Shown in pieces: positions 23,416-35,180 of a stretch of DNA of 64,000 nt. Every line of letters starts with the position of its first letter. Position 1 is the stretch's first letter. The notes below the pieces were generated by a model. It saw nothing but the letters and a program-made list of their open reading frames with translations. It had not been told where the DNA came from and searched no databases. Position numbers and translations under genes: made by a program. This DNA is from Squalus acanthias. Taxonomy: Eukaryota. The stretch lies in NCBI GenBank assembly GCA_030390025.1, contig CM059440.1, positions 15,872,001 through 15,936,000 of the forward strand, in the 5' to 3' direction.

Positions 23416-26262
23416 AAGAGGGCTGAATATAAATTAGAAGCTTATGCATATGGTTAATGCACCATGAAACCTTTTTATTGCTTCAACCCATTTCATAATT
23501 ATCAACGTTTTATTATATTTTTCTTCTTCAACCTTTTTCTATACTACATAATTTCAGCAGCTCCTAGTAACAATACAAGATAAGCATGTGAACGAAGGTT
23601 GCTAAAACAAAATACTGTGCACGCATGCATTCACCGGCTCCATTTAACCCTTTTTATAGCATTGGAAGGTGGGATGTGATACACCCATAAAAAAAACTCG
23701 TTGTGTAGACACTTTGGGGTAATTTTGACTTTCAACGATGGTGTAAAATAGGTGATATCGAATCAGCCGCCTGTTATACACCCTGCCCAATGTTCTTCTA
23801 CATTGACTTCATTTTTAATAAACATTTTTTACTCAAGATTTTCTAGCTACTGGCTAGATTGCAACTGCAGTTGGAGCAGTTTGTAGCAGCAAGCACTATC
23901 ATAGTTATAAAATCCACAATCCAGAGACCCACCCTCGCATCTGAAGAAGGAAGCTGTCTGAAGTTTGGGTTAACCGGGGGCAAAAGTATACTGATGAAAA
24001 AAAAATTAGATTGGCATGATAATTTTGGAAACTGAAAAGTTATCTTTTAACAAAATTGTGCCTGTACATCTGATGTATTTCAGTTGCATGTGGGCTATGT
24101 ATTCTCTAGGGACAAGTGAACATTTTTTCGCAAATATTTCTACCCCCTGCCTGTGATTCTATCGCGTAGTAATGTCAGCAAGCAACTGTGCTTATAAAAC
24201 CCTACGGTTCAAATGCCAGGGTTTTTCCATTAGTGTGTCGAATGGGGACTTCAGGTGCTCTTTTGTTACTGTACTTCAAGGCTTTTAGCATGAGCTTGCA
24301 TTTTGTTGCTGATGTTGCAAAAATCCTTGAATGGAGTCTGCAACTGAAACTATTTTATTTTCCCAAACACAGATAGTGCACGGTTGTAGAGACAACCAGC
24401 TAAGAAGGTCTTGTATGAACACAATAGTTATGCTATCACATTAAGTAAAACTAATAACCTTTTTCTTCCACTAAAATGGTAATTCTAAACCACTGAAATC
24501 ATAACTTTTTCTTATATTGTTGGAAAACAAATAAGAACAAAGACAAGTTAAAACATATTTCCCTCTTCCAGTCTCACACCAAAACCCAATTGAAAGGGTG
24601 GGCTATAATTTTCTCCCAGGCCTCTGCCAATGCTACTCGAGGAGCTGTGTAAGAGAGATCCAAGTTAATTTTCCCATCTCCTGTGAAGAATGGAAGACCA
24701 TGAGAGCTGTTGTGGATCTGAATTCACATCCTACTCCGTCTGGTACAGCATGGTGACGGTCCAACAGGACAACAAGGTGTTAAGTTTAAGGGTCCAACAA
24801 CTCATGTAATTTTTACTTTCTGCAAAAAGCGCACAGAAATGTTTTGGATACTGCAGGCGTTTTCATCGCTGTGTTCTGTTCCTCTGACTTGGAAGACGAA
24901 GGAGTACACCGATAGGGCTAACACACATCCCACTGCTGTACTTAGAATTAGGTAGGTTTAAATTAATTATGATGAAATAATGACTGGAGTTTTCAAGTGC
25001 TTCATTCCTCGTTTTGATTGGAAATATGTTTTTAATATTTCAGTGCATATGGGTGAGTCATTGAACAAATATTCATAGAAAATATGGACAGGCAAGCATG
25101 ACTTGTCTTAAGCCCCCTTCAGAATAAAACAGATGTGCATTTTTTTTACCCTTTTACAGAGCAGCGCTAACAGATTTGTTAAGTTAAGCCTACAGAATAG
25201 TTTCCTTTTCCCATGAGGGTGCCTTGGAAGCCTGTACCAGTTACTACAAGGTTGGGTGGTTTAAGCATTCAGATTGTACGGCGGAATTTAGGAGTTGACA
25301 TAATAATCTCTAATAGGATTAAGTATGACCCAGTTAAGATTTTGACTGATAAAACAGGTGATCCCAGCTAAGAAAGGCAAGACAGTTAACAGCTGAGCCA
25401 TCAAGCACATTTGCTTGAATTCCTGGGAGATCAGTAAGGGACTATGTAAACCAGTGGTTTAAAATTGTACCTAAATCTGAGAAGAATCTTCTTATGGCAT
25501 ACTGAAGTTCAGTTAAACAAACCTTTTTTTCATGTTCGTGTCTGTATAGGAAAATGAATGATTAAACTATGCTATGTCACCATAGTAGACTTAGCACCTC
25601 CTCCCCCACCTTGTCAGTTTGACTCACTGCAGTAGCAGGCACTTGAACCTGTCAGCGGTGTTCAAGGGTTTCTCAGTTTTGATGTGGGAGGAGAAAACTA
25701 ACAAGTGGTGATATGGCGCAAGGGCTGGGGCGTGCATAAATAGTGCTAATTTTCCTGAAATTTTTGTTCAAATTTTATAAGGATGAACCAGTAAGTAATT
25801 CATGGCAATTTTGTGAGAGGAGGCCGGGGATTCTTTGCCAGATTATAATGAAACCTCTGGTAATGTATGACCGGTTTTACTGGTTCTCAGTCAGGCTATA
25901 AGGGGTGTGGTATCCTCTTTCAGAGAACAATCTGCACTTTCTCTGTCCAACCTACATTGAGCAATCAGTCTGGCAGTGGAGTCTGAAATCCCAGAAAAAT
26001 CATAGCCCGTCCATCCTCTCTTGCAGCCAAAGGAAGAAATTCATGTTCTTTTTAATGGCTTGAATAAATGTGGCGAGAATGGGGGAAACAACACAAAGCA
26101 AAGGAGAACGGCAAACATGTTAGAAATGTGCTGTTTACATCTCAACAATGTCACTATTCTACCAAGAAAAAACAAAATCTATTGACCAGCTTCCATTGGG
26201 AATCAGCTGATTGCCAAGACATTTTGTTGGTAACTTTTTAAATGGCCTGACTTTAATACAAA

Positions 26263-27153
26263 GGGGGGAAAATTCGGTTGCTTTGCGCCTCCCGTTAGCG
26301 CCCTAAGAGGGCGCTAATGGGGCACAAAGCAACTAGCGCCTGGGCACAGCGATGTTTGCGCCGCTCGCGAAATTGACCAGACATTTTGCGGTGGCGCTAA
26401 ACACTACCGCCACGATCTCCTGCGCCCGCAGATCGTGACGTCACTCGAGTGTGCAACGCCCCGGTAGCGCCCCGGACCAGATATTGAGTGGCGCCCCCTG
26501 CCTTACTGCCTGCCGCTAGCAACGACAGGTTGAGGGGAGCGTTTTGCAGTCGGGAAGGGACTGGGTGAGTGCTATTTAAAGGGGACCGCTTCCTGCCTTT
26601 TTTTGTCGGCGACATTTTTGCACCACGCATTCAGAGAGAGAGAGAGAGACTGACTTCTGGAGAGATTCAACGCTATGTGAAGGAGTTTTGGGTACTGAGC
26701 AGCACTTTGCAGGTTCATTTTGATTTGACCTTGCATCGATTTAGAAGAGATTTTGGGGGCTGCACTCTGAGCTCTTTCCCTGGGCCTCTCCATTGTTCTT
26801 TCCAGCAGATTTGATGTACAGGTCTCTCCAGGCCGAGAGTCAAGGCTGCAATGAGCAGGGTGTGGATGGAGAGCAAGATCGACCCTCCCCTTTAAGAACT
26901 GGCCGGCGCCAGTGTGTCTCTGCTCCATTGATGACTGACATTACATGAGCTTCGCCAGCGCTCTGAGGTAGCGCCTCGCTCCTCGGCGTTAGCGCCTTAA
27001 GAGAGGTGTGTAGCGCCTGATTTAGCGCTCCAATCACCTCCAGGGGCGATAGAAGCCAAGTTTGCAGTCGGAGGTGATAATTAGCGCCAGGCGCTAAACT
27101 TTGCGCCTGGCTGATAATTGCGCCCAAACGGGGTGATACCGAATTTCTCCCCC
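26263..27153. mobile_element. PIF/Harbinger-type non-autonomous element
   Basis: TIRs ggggggaaaattcggt / accgaatttctccccc; TSD aaa; many tagcgcc/ggcgcta subterminal motifs. Confidence 0.85.
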
Positions 27154-27486
27154 AAAGTTTTTCAGCCAAAGTTTATGAACAGTGATGGTGACATGAAGTT
27201 GAATTCAAATTACACAGTGTTAATTATGTGATTGGTAATGTCCTTTTTGAAACTGAAGTAAAAATAACAAAATATTGGAAAACTTGGCAAGTAGCATATA
27301 TTAACCGAGAAATAAATATTGGCAATATTAGTAGTTGAATGTCTGACATGTTTGTATGACATTCCTCTGCCCGCTATTTTAAAGGCGTGAATCCATTTAC
27401 AAACACATTATGCATTCGTCCATTAATGTTAGTAACAGTTCGTGGTGCAATTGTAACCATAAGAGTGCATTTACATTACACCTATA

Positions 27487-28046
27487 GGGGGCAAAATTGG
27501 GTCGCGCCTCGAAAAAGTTGGCACCCCCGTGCCTGAAATTCACTGGTAGCGCCCCAAGAGGGAGGTGGGGCGCTACTGGAAGCGCCCCACCTCCCTCTTG
27601 GGGTGCTACGAGTGAATATCACGACGCTATGTGCCGCGGTACTGCAGGCCTTCCTCCCCTTATTCAAGGGGAGGGGCCCAGCTGGGCCACCAGGGATCAG
27701 AGTGCCAGCAAAAGAGCCTGGCACTCGAAGAGTGCCGGGCTCACGGAGCACAGCCGACATCCCGCAGGGGCTTCACAGGAGGCCGGGGGCAGGTGCTGGC
27801 AGGCGGCCAGCAACAAAAATCGCCGCCCAGCAGCACCTCTTAAATTTGCGCCGCCCTGGCTGCACGTACGCCCCCCCCTAGCATCCGGCGGTAAGTCAGG
27901 GGGCGCTACCGAAGATTGCGGCCGGGGCACTGCCCACGGTGATGACGTCATCGCCGCGGGGCGCTAGCGGTTACCGCCGCCGCTAATCGCCCGCTGAATT
28001 TTGCGGGAGGCGTTAGCGGCGCAGTGCTCGGGCGCTTTTTCCCCCC
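27487..28046. mobile_element. PIF/Harbinger-type MITE
   Basis: gggggcaaaa / tttttcccccc ends; TSD ata; related in reverse orientation to 63143-63849. Confidence 0.8.
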
Positions 28047-28751
28047 ATAGTGTCAAGTGTAAAATGGTTTGCAGCGTAAATCCGGAGTTAGGGCCTGATC
28101 TGATTCTGGAGCAAAGTGCAGTGTGACTCTCCCAGGGAGTCTCAATCTGCTTTGTTCCATGCATTTGGTTGGTTAAAAACTGGCTTTAGAGTTCCTTTTT
28201 GAGCTCAAGTTTGGCACATCCAGCTCAATTGTTGATGGTTTTGCAATGCCAGATGGAAAGCTGTGCCAACCAACACTTGCTGTTGGTCCTAGAAGAAGTA
28301 TGTACACAAAGGGTTAGTTATAATGCCCAATAAAGTAGAATTTTTAGAATGGAGTCATCCAGGGATTTAATCTGACCAAAAATTTTCCAATATGGTGACA
28401 AACAACAAATTTATCCTTTTCATATCCAAATCTTTCCTATTTACAAATATAAAAAATTATGTTTAATTTGTGAACGAAGCTTGGGGTTTTAGTGTAGAAA
28501 GTTTAATTAAGGACTTAGCAACATCGAATGTACTTTAGAAGAGGACCGTAAAGCATTACTTTCTTAGTAGATTCTCCAGCTCAGTTTTCTCCAACTCGTT
28601 GAATTTAGCAATGTAATAGGAGCTGGTCGCTCTCGAGGACTGAATTTAGGTCTGTGATAACTGAACGATATATGAAATTTGCTAATCTGCAGTTACAGCC
28701 GGGATTCATCACTATCACCCATATTTGCAAGAGAATGAAATTTTTTATGCT

Positions 28752-28761
28752 TGAGTCAGCA
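28752..28761 (+). promoter_or_regulatory. CNC-sMaf/ARE-type motif TGAGTCAGCA
   Basis: Exact motif match in unique-looking sequence; motif only, no functional evidence. Confidence 0.25.
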
Positions 28762-29611
28762 TCAGAATTGCTAGGCTGGATTAAGATGATTAACAGGTTT
28801 GAAATGGGAAGCCCTGTTGCCACAGAGCAAAGATGATTTTGTTTCAGCAGTTACGCCCAGCCTGAAGGAAATTTGGAAACCGTGTAACATGATCATGTCA
28901 TGTCTGGTTTTGTATTTAAATCTGGGTGGAAGGTCAACTTGTATCCTCCTCTTCAGTGAACGACATAGGCTGTATTTGAAAGTACAGGCAATTCCTGTTT
29001 AGTGAATAACCTGTTCTGGTCACAGTACTTGTTACATGCAATAGGCTGGGACAAACTAAACTGTTAAAACCAAATTTGTGCACACTGTAATAAGAGCATC
29101 AGTACTAGGACAGACGCCCTGTCAGGAACAGATTGTGACTTTGTATGTAATAAAAATCTATTTAAGTGGTTTGCTTGAACATATTTTTGCTCGACTGTTT
29201 TATATAGATTTCTGGTTCATCCGTTAAGGGCTCCAATTGCGTTGCTGCACCACAATACATGATGGAAATTCTGACAGACAGAACTAATCTGGCCTTTTTT
29301 TTCAATGTATGAATCTCTCTCTTCTCTTCAGTCTTTTGGTTTCCTTAGGCCACAGACTTACTACAGCTCTTTTTCCGGGAGATCCAGCAGTTTCACATTT
29401 GGCTTGCAGCCGGCTGCAGAGAGATCATTCTTTGGGAACTGGTGGTGCAAACACCCCACTGATACCAGTATGAAAGGGCCTGATAGGGCAGCGGATAGAC
29501 ATGTTACTCCCAGACTATCACCAACGCAGTTCTGAGTTAGCCACTAGGACGTGTATGAGAGCAACCCAAGGGCTTATGGTCCTCAGTTTTTTTTTTCTCC
29601 TTTCCCACGGC

Positions 29612-29670
29612 TTGGGCACGGGCTCGACGGGCCAAATGGCCTCCTTCTGTGCTGTAACAATTCTATGATT
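29612..29670 (-). mobile_element. CR1 extreme 3' tail (reads on + as gggccaaatggcctccttctgtgctgtaacaattctatgatt)
   Basis: Same tail sequence as 10196-10240 and 18039-18087; short fragment, and the text match suggests + orientation, so strand is uncertain. Confidence 0.5.
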
Positions 29671-32607
29671 CCCCCTTAACTGAACTAGTATGACATTTTT
29701 ACTACCTGTAACAGGCACAGGCAGTTGCCAATTTTAGCCAAATTTTGGGTACTTTTGTGTTAGCGGTCATCTATTAGCAAGTGAGTTTAGACTAACCAGG
29801 CCATTTCCTGTAGGGCCCTTATAGCTGGCAGGCAGAAAAGACTTTTATCCCATCAATCAGGGTTGAACATGAAACAAGCTTCTAATTCACTGCACTACCA
29901 GTCCCCTTGCATCTTGCATCTGTCTGCAAAATCTTACTTAATGTTTTGTGTCAACTTTTTCCCATTATAAATTCCTATGTCCACATTTATAATGGAAACT
30001 GCCTATGCAAGCTTGACGCACTGTATTTACACCTTCTTGCCAGTGGCGGTACTTTGGTACCTCAGTTTTGCATCTCCCAGCTTCATAGCTTGTACTCTAC
30101 TATACTTCCCAACATGCCGTATATTTTGTTATTTAACTATCAAGTAATATAAAATCAAAGCATTATATATTATATAAAAGTAAGGATAGAATGTATGGCT
30201 TTAAAATGAAGATTGAATTATATCTGCGTGTTCTGGTGCCATTATTCCTGACCTTAAACCCGCTTCACCTGAAGACAGCTTGACTGCCAGTATGCAAGGC
30301 CGTGGGAGGTCGACTAGTACTTCTAAATTGTGTTGTTGCCTTTAGCTGAAAGTTAACAGTTTATTATAAAAGTAGTTATTATGCTACGTATTCAAAGGTA
30401 GATAATTAGGAAGCAATTTAATGCTTGCAATAGGAAAATATATTAATGCTTGGATGAAACATTTTGTACAGTGGGAATGAATGAGAAATGGTTTTATACA
30501 CCAAATTTCAATGACTGGACAAAGTATATATTTGTATGGAATTTGTTTGGACTAATGTTTGGTGCTCATTTTAGGCAGAGGGGGTGATGGGGAAGAATCA
30601 TTAAGTTAGGTTTCCCTATAAACAACCAGCATTTTTTTAACTGCCCTATCTGTATGATGGGTATTTCCTGGTTGTAGAGTTTGCACAATTGTGCTACAAT
30701 TTTGGATCTGTTGGACAAGGTCCAGTCACAGGTATTAGTGTAATCTGCTGATACTTTTTATGTTATGTTGTCAGTGGAAATAAATAGATTTTTTTTTGTC
30801 CGTTGGTTATTTGGGTGGAGAACTCTTTTGATATCTCATGATTTGAAAATAATCCGATAACTATAGTTTTTTTTTGGAAAAAAATCTAAATGGTTCAGAT
30901 TTCCCTATGAATCGTACTGTAGACTGTCATTTAGTTAAATTTAGTCTCTCTTTATTTCCATATGATTTGGCAAGCTAAATGTAAGAAAATGCACAAATAC
31001 AATCCATTAAGAATGCTCGAGGGAATTTAATTACAGCACCTGTTTCAGACTTTTTTCATGTAAGTTAATAGGTGTCTGACCCCAGCCTGCTAATTGTAAT
31101 ATCACCCCGCAGTGACTGTAATTCTGACTTGAGTTATGCATAAATTCACTGTCGTTGAATTAACTGAGCACTGCACAGATCTGACAAGTCAGTAAAAAAA
31201 AATGCTTTCAAAAGGAACTGAGAAAATATCTATGTTTTAGACCTACGCTCAAGTATAGTGGCATATCTATATGTCTGAATATTACGTGTGTCTTATTTAT
31301 TTATTACAAATATTTAAAAATAAAGGTCACCTGTTTAGTTTTCATTCCAAAAGCTGTATTTTTGCATTTGGTCTGTAGCAGTATTTCATCGAATCATTAA
31401 CTAAGGGTTAAGCAATCAGTGGTTCTGTTAATTTCTCCAGTTTAAGTTTATTATAATCAATAGTACAGCTCAAACTGTTTCTCACTAAACAAAAGTTAAA
31501 GCTAAGGTAGCCGTAAAATGTATTGCTGTTATAAAATACCAAATTTAATACCATGTATTTCAATCTTCTACCTCCCTCCCATGGCTGTGAATTTGCTGTA
31601 TTGGGAACATTGCACATGCAATTACAATTTCATTTTGAAGACAACTAATTATTTTTTGGGGAACATCAAATTTTTCTATTCTCCCCCTGCTCATTGGGGA
31701 GGCATTTAACAGTTGTCTGGGGATGAATTCCTTGGCAACCAACTCAGGGTGCCATTGATGGTCATTGCCCAGAGCTTAGTTGATGCATACCTGGAGATGG
31801 GGGTGAAGAAATTCTGTGTGAAAGTTGTTTGTACTCTCCAAAAAAATACCACAACCTTGCATCCATTTGCCTGCACTCCAAATGTAATTCATTATGTGAG
31901 GCACTTTAAGATGTTTTGCTCTGATAAAGGCCCCACATAAATACAGGATTTATTTTGCTATAGACTGAACACTTTCAGGAAAATTTTATTTAATAGAAGA
32001 ATTAGTGGAAGACTCTGAGACATCTATAATGTATTGGGAAGACAAGCTAATGATCTTGCGAATATAGAGGAGTCAGTGCAGGCTGACAAAAAAGGGAGCC
32101 TACATCCAGCTGCTTCTGGGAAAGAAAAATGCTCGTGCTTGACAATCCTTATACCGCACTGACGCAATCATTGTCCTTGAAAGTACTGACAATGTACTTA
32201 GTACTGAAGAACACACTTAACAATGTTTTGCACTAGGCCAGCAATTAGACTGTGGTTAGGATTCTTTCACAAGGTGTCCCTGGGATGTATATAGAATGTG
32301 TTGCAAGATGTGATTCAACCTTGCAGAACTCGTCATTTTTTTGTCTCTAACCAATATTTCTGTGCCAGTTTTTAATCTCTTCCTGTCATTCCTATAGGCA
32401 TGCATTTCTTGCTGGAGTTTGGGGCTAAGGGCACCATGTGCCTTCTGTACCTCACCCAACTTCCCATAATTCGTATGTGAGTGTTGTTAATGATCAAGTC
32501 AGATTATTTAATCACGGGGACATTATGACTGAATCTGTCATCAATTGATATCCAAGTAGGAGCACTTACAGCATTGGTCACTAAATAGCAATCAAAAGCA
32601 AGAAGCT

Positions 32608-32709
32608 TGCAGCGGTTCAAGAAGAAGGCCCACCACCACCTTCTCAAGGGCAATTAGAGAAGGGCAATAAGTGCCGGCCTTGCCAGCAACGTCCGAATCC
32701 CAAGAATGA
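32608..32709 (+). mobile_element. LINE 3' end (CR1-group, second family)
   Basis: gcagcggttcaagaagaaggcccaccaccaccttctcaagggcaattag..gggcaataa; the tail is shared with the SINE at 34495. Confidence 0.7.
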
Positions 32710-34494
32710 GGTGAGATAGCAGAGGACAATGAAGGAAGTGCGGGCGGTAAAGCCTACTGTCGCCTTGCCGCCTGACCTTAATTCTCTTCCCCATGTCCCT
32801 GCTGACTTCTCTCGTTTCCCATCCGCTGGAGGATTTCTTTTCTGTCCAGCCCTAGGAAGTGTCAGTAACGCTGTAAAGTGCCTCCATGGAGCAAGAGGTC
32901 CTTGTAGTGCCTCTTCAGTTCCGCCCCCAACACTTACCCACTGACGGCCCCAGTCTCAGCTGAGGCCTTCAATGGGACATGGATGTTCAGGGCATTTCTG
33001 TCCCTTTTAAAATTCTTCTCTAGATCTTCTGGTGTTTCAACAGCAGGATTCTCCTCTTCACACTGGTGGGTTCCCCATTGGTAGCAGGAATCCCACTGGA
33101 AGCTCACTGTGCATCAATAGGAACTCCGACACAGGGAAATGAGTCAGGTTGGGGTGGATATGGAGGGGTAGGTGGAAGAGGAGAATCCCAGCACTGGGGC
33201 CTGAGACTCAGCCCCTTATTGGATAAATTCACTCAGCCATCGGAGGAGCCTTAGACTCAAATATTTAAATAAAACGCAAATTTACTTCTAAACATTCCCA
33301 ACAGTCATGCTTGCCACGTGTGTAACCGAAGGCCATTGCGGAGGATTGCTTTACATACAATCTGTACTGCAGTTACCATCATAGATAAAAATAAGGGTAT
33401 AGTTAAAAGACACCGAGTGCTCTTTGTACAATATATTATTTTACCAAGCTAAGGAGCCTGAATAAGAATGACTATGCATAAGATCATACCCAGTGCATCT
33501 ATGAGTGTGAGTCAGGATTTTGTAGTTTGTAACATCTCTGGGGACAAAAGAGTTGGCATGTCTGTGGGCTACTAATTTAGAGACAGATGATTAATTTTAT
33601 TTGCTGGATGTAGGAAAGTGCAATATGAAATTGTGCTGGGAATTTTAGGGTACTTTTCCTTGGCAGATGGAGTCCGGGGAGAACACAACAGCCCCGCCCA
33701 TCTCCTGTGTTTACACTGGTCTACTCGACCTGTTCTGCAAAGTAAAATTTGATCTTCTGTTCATGTTAATTTTCAGCAAGGGACTTTTTTTTTGCAATGT
33801 AGCTTCTTGTTTCCCTTGTTTATGTGCAGGAGCTTGGGAAAGCAATGTTCAAGAAAGTACAATCTGGCCTCAATTTTAGTCAGTTAAAATTCTGGACAGG
33901 GCAGACACGGGGACATTGTGTCACAAGGCATTTGGGTGTCATGGCACATGGGCCTGGCAGACCTAGGCATTTGATGCACGACCAGTTTTCTGCATCACCA
34001 TGTTCACGCCATGATGCTATTTTGAGTCGAGAATCATGTGTGCCAGTGCCCTGAACCAGCTCAGCACTATTAGCAGGCCACAGGTGGAGGCAGTTCACCG
34101 ATGCTGCCATCAGATCTGTGGAGGAGGTTGGCTTGTTTACTTTGAAGATTGTTGTTAGCAGGAATATCACCTGTTTACTGTCAATGGCCCTGCATTAAGG
34201 TACAAGCACTTTAAGACTAGTCCATATAATTGGGACTTCACCATGTAAAAAATTATGGAATGAGATAAAGCATTCGGCCCATCAAGTCCACTGGTTCCAC
34301 AGATAGTGTTCAATCTATCCAGTTGGGCCAACCATTTAAATTTTGAAAGAAAGCTGTGTATAAATAATCCCTTATTCCCAAAGGTAGTCGAGCAAAACTG
34401 CAGAATATTCATCCATCCCATTACTGACCTCTAGGGCAGGGATTTGCCCTAGAATATTCCATGAAATTCATCATAAAGGTTACAGTAACCTTCG

Positions 34495-34765
34495 GTCATG
34501 GTACTGGACCAGCAACCAGAGGTCATGAATTTATATCCCACTAAAGCAGATTGTGAAGTTGAATTCAAAAAATGAAAGCTACTGGATTGCTGTAAAAACC
34601 CTACTGAATAACTAATGTCCTTTAGGTAGCGTAACCTAGTTTAGCCTAAAAGGGACTTCAGTACCCCACACTATGATGTTAGCTCTTGATGCCCTCAAGG
34701 CAACTAGGGATGGGCAATAAATACTGCCATGTCAGAGTTGCCCACATCCCAAGAACAATTTAAAA
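34495..34765 (+). mobile_element. SINE (third family) sharing its 3' tail with the LINE at 32608
   Basis: Degenerate tRNA-like head, central actaatgtcctttagg, tail caaggcaactagggatgggcaataaa...gcccacatcccaagaa. Confidence 0.65.
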
Positions 34766-34899
34766 AAAGGTCAAGGTCCTGTGCACATTGAGACACTTCT
34801 GTGTAACTCTTGGATGGTGATTCTTGGCATCCTCAACATATTTTGATAGGTTGTATCCGCAAGTCTGATTTTGTGAGATTAGAAAAGGAGTGGGTGCTG

Positions 34900-35180
34900 T
34901 GCCTTTATCAGAGCATTAGACGAGGTCACTGAAACATTGGGCAAAGAGATGTGACTGAGAAGGCTTTTAAAGTTGCAGATGAAAATAGTGATGGAGGGTT
35001 TAGAAATGAAATTCCTAAGAGTGGGGCCACGGTGGTTGAAGGCTCTGTCATCAAAGGTGGATCGGGGTGGGAGGTGGTGCAGGACGAGACGGAAGAACTT
35101 TGCAGAGGTAGATTGGGATAAGGCAGTGGAGGGACCTGTAGATAAGAAAGAGGATTTTAAATTTGATTTCGAATCTTGAG
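34900..35180 (-). mobile_element. L2-type LINE 3' fragment
   Basis: Minus-strand PRSTFDDRAFNHRGPTLRN..FKSLL resembles the L2 C-terminal G.RAF...P.LWN..FKSLL segment. Confidence 0.6.

Noticed and set aside
24858-24952. Open frame between ctgcag and gtaggt as a coding exon
   Set aside because: Weak pyrimidine tract and no recognisable protein motif.
27482-27967. Stacked ORFs in several frames (also 52571-53234 and 63228-63868)
   Set aside because: Stop-poor GC-rich MITE interiors with no protein motifs.
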